From assembly GCA_963731515.1 (NCBI GenBank), contig CAVSVU010000017.1:541164-605163 (forward strand): a stretch of DNA of 64,000 bases, written 5' to 3'. Source of the DNA: an uncultured Actinomycetes bacterium (GTDB taxonomy: Bacteria; Actinomycetota; Thermoleophilia; Gaiellales; JAICJC01). Under the pieces are notes generated by a model. The model saw only the letters and a program-made list of their open reading frames with translations, searched no databases and had not been told where the DNA came from. Shown here piece by piece: positions 59,659 to 64,000 of the stretch (position 1 is the stretch's first letter; each line of letters begins with the position of its first letter). Position numbers and translations under genes: made by a program.

Positions 59659-62208
59659 CTACTCGTACTGGAGCGCGCGCAGGATGTCGAGGCGGGCGGC
59701 CCGCCGGGCCGGGAAGATCGCCGCGCACAGCCCGACGAGGATCGCGGAGACGAGGAACACGAGGATCGTCCCGCCGGGCACGGCGAACGGGATGCCGCCC
59801 TGGAGCGCGCGGTCGAGGATCGCGGCGATGCCGATCCCGACCGGGATCCCCAGGATCGCGCCGAGCAGGCTCGTGATCACGGCCTCGTGGCGGATCATCC
59901 GCCGTGTCTGGCGGCGGCTCATGCCGATCGCCCGCAGCATCCCCAGCTCGCGCGTCCGCTCGAAGACCGTGAGCACGAGCGTGTTCACGATCCCGAACAG
60001 GCTGACGACGACCGAGAGCGCCAGCAGGATGTAGAGCAGGTTGAGCTCGCTCTGGATCGCCCCCTCCTGCGAGCTCAGGAACGCCGACTCGGTCTGGATC
60101 TGCGCGTCGGGGAAACGGGCCAGCACGCGGTTCAGGGCCGCGGTGTTCGCCGCCGTGACCCCTCCCCTGGTCGCGACCAGGGTGAAGATGTTCTCCGGGT
60201 TCGTGTAGGCGGAGTCGAACGTGCGCGACGAGATCGAGATCGTCCCGAGCGGGTTCTCCGAGCTCGGCGGGCTGTTGATCGCCGTCACGCGGAGCGGGAG
60301 CATCCGCCCGGTCGACGTCTCCAGGTGCAGCGGGGAGCCGACCGTGAGGTGGTGCGAGCGGGCGAAGCTCCTGTCGACGATCGCGCCGGTCGCTCCCAGA
60401 TGGGCCATGGAGGCGTCTGATCCCGACTGCCAGCTCAGCCGCAGGAGCCGCGAGAGGCCGGGATCGATCCCCGCCACCTGCACGGTGTGGCGGAAGATGC
60501 GCCCGTCGCCGGAGCGCTCGCCGGCGATCACGGTGGTCACGCCCGCACGGTGGAGCGCCTCGGTCGCGGCGATGGACATCGGCGTGAAGCCGTTCACCGA
60601 CGTCATGACGTAGTTCCCGCGGAACTCCGACTCGACCGCGCCGACGATCGACTGCTTCAGCCCCTGCGCCAGCACCGCGACGGCGGTGACGAGGGCGAGG
60701 CCGATCATGAGCGCCGCCGCGGTGGACGCCGTGCGGGCCGGGTTGCGGACGGCGTTCGCGCGCGCCAGCCGCCCGGCGGCGCCGCCCGCGCGGGAGGCGG
60801 GCCAGCCGAGCACGAGCGCGATCGGCCGGGCGATGCTCGGCGCCACCATGGCCATCGCCAGGAACACCGCGAGCACGCCGATCGCGACCAGGAGCAGCCG
60901 CGGCCCGGTGGCGATGCCGGAGGCGAAGGCGCCGACGCAGATCAGGGCGACGGCGATCGCGCCCACGCCGAGCGCGACCGCGGGGCCGAAGCGGGCGAGC
61001 CGCGACTGCGGGAGCATCGCCCCCTCCCGCACGGCGGCGATCGGCGGGACGCGGGTGGCGCGCACCGCCGGCAACAGGCTGGCGAGGGCGGTGACGACCG
61101 TGCCGACGACGAGCGAGACGACGATCGTCCGGGTGGCGAAGACGAGCCCCGTCAGCGGCAGGTCGGCGCCGAGGGCGTCGAAGAGGGACTCGAGGCCCTT
61201 CGCCAGCCCGAGGCCGACCACCAGGCCGACGGCCGATGCGACGAGACCGGTGACGACGCCCTCGAGGACGACGGTGAAGCGCACCTGGCGCGCGGTCGCC
61301 CCCAGCGTCCGCAGCGTCGCCAGCTCGCGGGCGCGCTGGGCGACGGTGATCGAGAGCGTGTTCGCGATGACGAAGGCGCCGACGAAGAGCGCGATGCCGG
61401 CGAAGGCGAGCAGGAAGTCGCGGAACGTGTCGAGCACCGAGCGCGAGTCGTTGAAGTCGGCCTGGGCCTGCTGGCCGCCCGTGCGGACGCGCGTGTGCGG
61501 CGGGAGCACCGACCGGATCTGCGCGAGCAGCGCGCCGGTCGGGACGCCGTGCCGGGCCGCGACGTCGATCTGGTCGAGCTCGCCCGGCTCGTCGAACAGC
61601 CGCTGCGCCGTGCGCAGGTCGAACACCGCGATCGTGCCGCCCGCGAGCGAGGTCGCCGTCCCGAAGTCGACGACGCCGCTGACGTCGTAGCGGCGCTCGC
61701 GGGCGCCGTTCGCGATCACGCCGACGTGGTCGCCGACGCGGTAGTGCTGCGAGCTCGCGGTCTGCTCGTCGATGGCCACCTGGCCCGGCCCGTGCGGCCA
61801 CGAGCCGGCAAGGATGTGGACCGCCGTGAAGCGCTCGTACGCCGGGTCGATGCCGAAGCCGTACTCCTGGCCGCCGGCCCGGGAGACGACCTTGCCGTTG
61901 CGGCCGAGGATCTCGGCCTGCCCGCCGACACGGCCGGCCGCCGCCTCGACGTCACCGAGACCCCTGATCCGCCCGACGGTCGAGGCGGGGAACGAGTTCA
62001 CGTCTCCCCCACCGAACACGGCCTTGGCCGTGACGACCGCGTCCGCCTTCGCGTACGCGCCGCCGATGATGCCCTTCACGCCTGCGTCGACGGTGTCGGT
62101 GAGGATGAACGTGCCGCACACCATCCCCACGCCGAGGACGATCGCGAGCGAGGTGAGCGCGAGCCGCAGCTTGCGGGCGAGCAGGCCCTTCAGCGTGACC
62201 CGGATCAC
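59659..62208 (-). CDS. ABC transporter permease, FtsX/MacB-like with two FtsX domains
   Basis: 849 aa. MIRVTLKGLLARKLRLALTSLAIVLGV..., two 4-TM FtsX modules each preceded by a large extracytoplasmic domain. No ATPase gene is adjacent. Confidence 0.85.
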   Translation of the reverse strand: MIRVTLKGLLARKLRLALTSLAIVLGVGMVCGTFILTDTVDAGVKGIIGGAYAKADAVVTAKAVFGGGDVNSFPASTVGRIRGLGDVEAAAGRVGGQAEILGRNGKVVSRAGGQEYGFGIDPAYERFTAVHILAGSWPHGPGQVAIDEQTASSQHYRVGDHVGVIANGARERRYDVSGVVDFGTATSLAGGTIAVFDLRTAQRLFDEPGELDQIDVAARHGVPTGALLAQIRSVLPPHTRVRTGGQQAQADFNDSRSVLDTFRDFLLAFAGIALFVGAFVIANTLSITVAQRARELATLRTLGATARQVRFTVVLEGVVTGLVASAVGLVVGLGLAKGLESLFDALGADLPLTGLVFATRTIVVSLVVGTVVTALASLLPAVRATRVPPIAAVREGAMLPQSRLARFGPAVALGVGAIAVALICVGAFASGIATGPRLLLVAIGVLAVFLAMAMVAPSIARPIALVLGWPASRAGGAAGRLARANAVRNPARTASTAAALMIGLALVTAVAVLAQGLKQSIVGAVESEFRGNYVMTSVNGFTPMSIAATEALHRAGVTTVIAGERSGDGRIFRHTVQVAGIDPGLSRLLRLSWQSGSDASMAHLGATGAIVDRSFARSHHLTVGSPLHLETSTGRMLPLRVTAINSPPSSENPLGTISISSRTFDSAYTNPENIFTLVATRGGVTAANTAALNRVLARFPDAQIQTESAFLSSQEGAIQSELNLLYILLALSVVVSLFGIVNTLVLTVFERTRELGMLRAIGMSRRQTRRMIRHEAVITSLLGAILGIPVGIGIAAILDRALQGGIPFAVPGGTILVFLVSAILVGLCAAIFPARRAARLDILRALQYE

Positions 62209-62253
62209 CGGCCGGCGCTCATCCGACAGCGGCTGCCATGCGCGCAGGATATC

Positions 62254-62266
62254 GGGGACAGTCCCC
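62254..62266. repeat. single GGGGACAGTCCCC palindrome
   Basis: Third locus of the GGGGACNGTCCCC family, in the intergenic region upstream of the FtsX permease gene. Confidence 0.7.
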
Positions 62267-62283
62267 GCCGCTACGCTGGTGGG

Positions 62284-62385
62284 ATGGTCGTTCTGTCGTT
62301 CCTGACCGGGCTCGGCCCCGCGATCGTCGGGCTGGTCGTGGCCACCGTCGGTGCCGTGGTCGTCTTCGCGGCCGTGCGCAACTAG
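62284..62385 (+). CDS. possible 33-aa membrane micropeptide (MVVLSFLTGLGPAIVGLVVATVGAVVVFAAVRN)
   Basis: Hydrophobic short ORF with a weak RBS. Could be fortuitous. Confidence 0.25.
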   Translation: MVVLSFLTGLGPAIVGLVVATVGAVVVFAAVRN

Positions 62386-62811
62386 CTAGCCCGGTTCGTG
62401 GACGACGACCACCGGCCGCTTCGACCGGCGGACGACGCCGGCCGACACGCTTCCGAGAAGCGAGCCGGCGATGCCACCGTGGCCCCGCGTCCCGACGACC
62501 ACGAGGTCGGCGTCCCGCGTCTCGGCGATCGTCGCGAGCTCCTCGGCCGCATCGCCCTCGAAGACCTCGAAGGTGGCCTCGACTCCGGCCTTCTCGGCCA
62601 TCGTCCTCGCGGCGTCCAAGGCTGTGCGGGCTCGGTCCAGGTGCTCGCTGACCCTGCCCTGGTAGACGGAGCCGCTGAGCAGGCCGGATGTGTGCGCGGC
62701 GACGGCGACGACCAGCACCTCCGCGCCCAGCCGCGTGGCGAGGTCGAAGCCCTCCGAGAGGGCCGCCTCGGAGCCCCTGGAGCCGTCCGTTCCGACGACG
62801 ATGGTTGCCAC
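62386..62811 (-). CDS. universal stress protein (UspA family)
   Basis: GTG 62811 has a GAGGAGGG RBS. IVVGTDGS...DLVVVGTRGHGGIAGSLLGSVSAGVVRRSKRPVVVV. Confidence 0.85.
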   Translation of the reverse strand: MATIVVGTDGSRGSEAALSEGFDLATRLGAEVLVVAVAAHTSGLLSGSVYQGRVSEHLDRARTALDAARTMAEKAGVEATFEVFEGDAAEELATIAETRDADLVVVGTRGHGGIAGSLLGSVSAGVVRRSKRPVVVVHEPG

Positions 62812-62889
62812 CGGTCCCTCCTCGCTCGCCGGCCAGGACGTTCCGGGCCGAACCGCGAACACCCTACAGCAGCGCCAGCGGCGGCGGCA

Positions 62890-63615
62890 TCATCCGCCGA
62901 GCAGGCGTATGAGCCCGCGTCCGATGAAGAACAGCCCGGCGGCGCCGAGCAGCCCGACGGTGAACCCGCGACCGCGGCGAGCGATCTGATCGCGCACGGC
63001 AGCGAGCCCCCGCTGGCTGGGACCGGGGCCGACCCTGGTCAGCACGACGGGCACCCACGCCGGAATGGAGACCAGGCCGACGAGCACGACGACGAGCACC
63101 GCCTCGGCCGCAAGCTCGACGTCGGCTCTGGAGATCTCCTTGGCGGCCGGTGCGATCAGGGCCAGCGTCGTGACGTTCGTCGCCATGGCGAACACGCCGA
63201 GCGCAAACGCCGCCCGAGCCTGGCGCGAACCACCCGCACCCCGTTCGGCACCGTCCGTGCGACCCGGCGACCCGGCCCGGCGCCGTCCGGAGACGAGAAC
63301 GAGGGCAGCCAGGTTGACAAGGACCAGGCCGAGCACGAGATCGAGCGTCGCGTCGAGGTGCGGCTCGGTCGGGAGCGAGATCGCGCGGCCGAACAGCACG
63401 ATGGCGACGACGATCACCAACGCCGTGGAGACGACACCGGCGGCGTAACGCATCCCGGCCCTCCCACCGGCGGGACCAGCGAGGAGCACGGCTTGCTCCG
63501 TCAACATGACCGGGCTGACCGCCCCGCCCAACCCGAGTGGGATCACGACCGCGAGCGTCGCCAGCACCGACCGGCCTCTAGCCCGGCCCGCGCGCCTGGA
63601 CACGATCGACGACAC
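62890..63615 (-). CDS. GAP/Sap-like (DUF2910-type) polytopic membrane protein
   Basis: 241 aa with about 6 TM helices and a central charged loop. Family call is tentative. Confidence 0.5.
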   Translation of the reverse strand: MSSIVSRRAGRARGRSVLATLAVVIPLGLGGAVSPVMLTEQAVLLAGPAGGRAGMRYAAGVVSTALVIVVAIVLFGRAISLPTEPHLDATLDLVLGLVLVNLAALVLVSGRRRAGSPGRTDGAERGAGGSRQARAAFALGVFAMATNVTTLALIAPAAKEISRADVELAAEAVLVVVLVGLVSIPAWVPVVLTRVGPGPSQRGLAAVRDQIARRGRGFTVGLLGAAGLFFIGRGLIRLLGG

Positions 63616-63634
63616 CCCATGCAGGCGGCATGTC

Positions 63635-64000
63635 TCAGCGCCGCCGTGCGGCGATCGTGAACGACGGCGCGGTGACGATCGTGAGCCGCGACGCGGCGCC
63701 GAGTGCCCTGTTCGCCAGCCGCACGGCCGGGTTGCCGCTCGCTCCGCCCCAGTAGCCCACCGTGCGGGTGGCGAACCCGGCCGCGCGCATCCGCCCGGCG
63801 AGCTCGAACGGATCGAACAGGCGCTCGATCACCGCGCCCGAGTTCGGGTCGACGGGGGCGTGGCTGCCGTCGAAGTACGACGCCGGCGGTGGTCCACCGC
63901 CCACGTAGTCGTGCACGGCGGGGATGATCTCGTCCCGATCCATGTAGGCCGTGCGCAGCACGAGATCCGTGACGACCTCGTCGTTCAGCTCGGGAAATGC
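63635..64000 (-). CDS. C-terminal part of a putative methyltransferase-like protein (gene continues past the right edge)
   Basis: The frame is open to the window end (AFPELNDEVVTDLVLRTAYMDRDEI...FELAGRMRAAGF). The function guess is weak. Confidence 0.35.
   Translation of the reverse strand, partial: AFPELNDEVVTDLVLRTAYMDRDEIIPAVHDYVGGGPPPASYFDGSHAPVDPNSGAVIERLFDPFELAGRMRAAGFATRTVGYWGGASGNPAVRLANRALGAASRLTIVTAPSFTIAARRR

Overview
This is a 64-kb chromosomal segment at roughly 70% GC (by eye) with Actinomycetota-style organisation. Many adjacent genes overlap start and stop in 4-nt ATGA/GTGA junctions. GTAGAAT-type -10 boxes sit close to start codons. The block crp-pdxS-pdxT-yebC-ruvC-ruvA-ruvB-queA-tgt-secDF is syntenic with that phylum. 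I support about 75 protein genes and 2 tRNAs, Arg-CCG and a CAU-anticodon tRNA. I found no rRNA, CRISPR array, transposase or integrase. Most content is housekeeping:
- folP
- an M29 aminopeptidase pair with DUF1611 and a dipeptide epimerase
- the RDD/SpoIIM-like/DUF4129/DUF4350/MoxR/DUF58 cluster
- corA and a HIT protein
- phosphomannomutase
- relA and recJ
- an ATP-grasp/glycosyltransferase/alkaline-phosphatase-family cluster
- PilZ proteins
- an FtsX-type permease
The stand-out region is a roughly 2.5-kb islet directly 3' of tRNA-Arg (6.7-9.25 kb). It is bounded by a 14-nt direct repeat of the tRNA 3' end and has no integrase. It carries a 2 x 80-bp tandem repeat and a secreted Ig-like protein gene broken by at least 5 frame shifts. 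It also carries a complete type II hammerhead ribozyme motif (8477-8538, predicted cleavage after C8504). A second, slightly defective copy lies 637 nt downstream, and a perfect 12-nt anti-core complement lies 90 nt downstream of the first. Other notable items:
- a 206-bp element with perfect 20-bp terminal inverted repeats abutting the ruvB stop codon
- a GGGGACNGTCCCC double-palindrome family, one copy in frame inside queA
- two Cheo-type LexA boxes over the start of a LysM gene
- two genes whose only plausible start is a CTG in a CTGA overlap
- at least 12 single-base frame disruptions in conserved genes, all in the +1 (insertion) direction
The frame disruptions are most simply an assembly-quality caveat. 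All functional calls come from reading the translations by eye; no searches were run.
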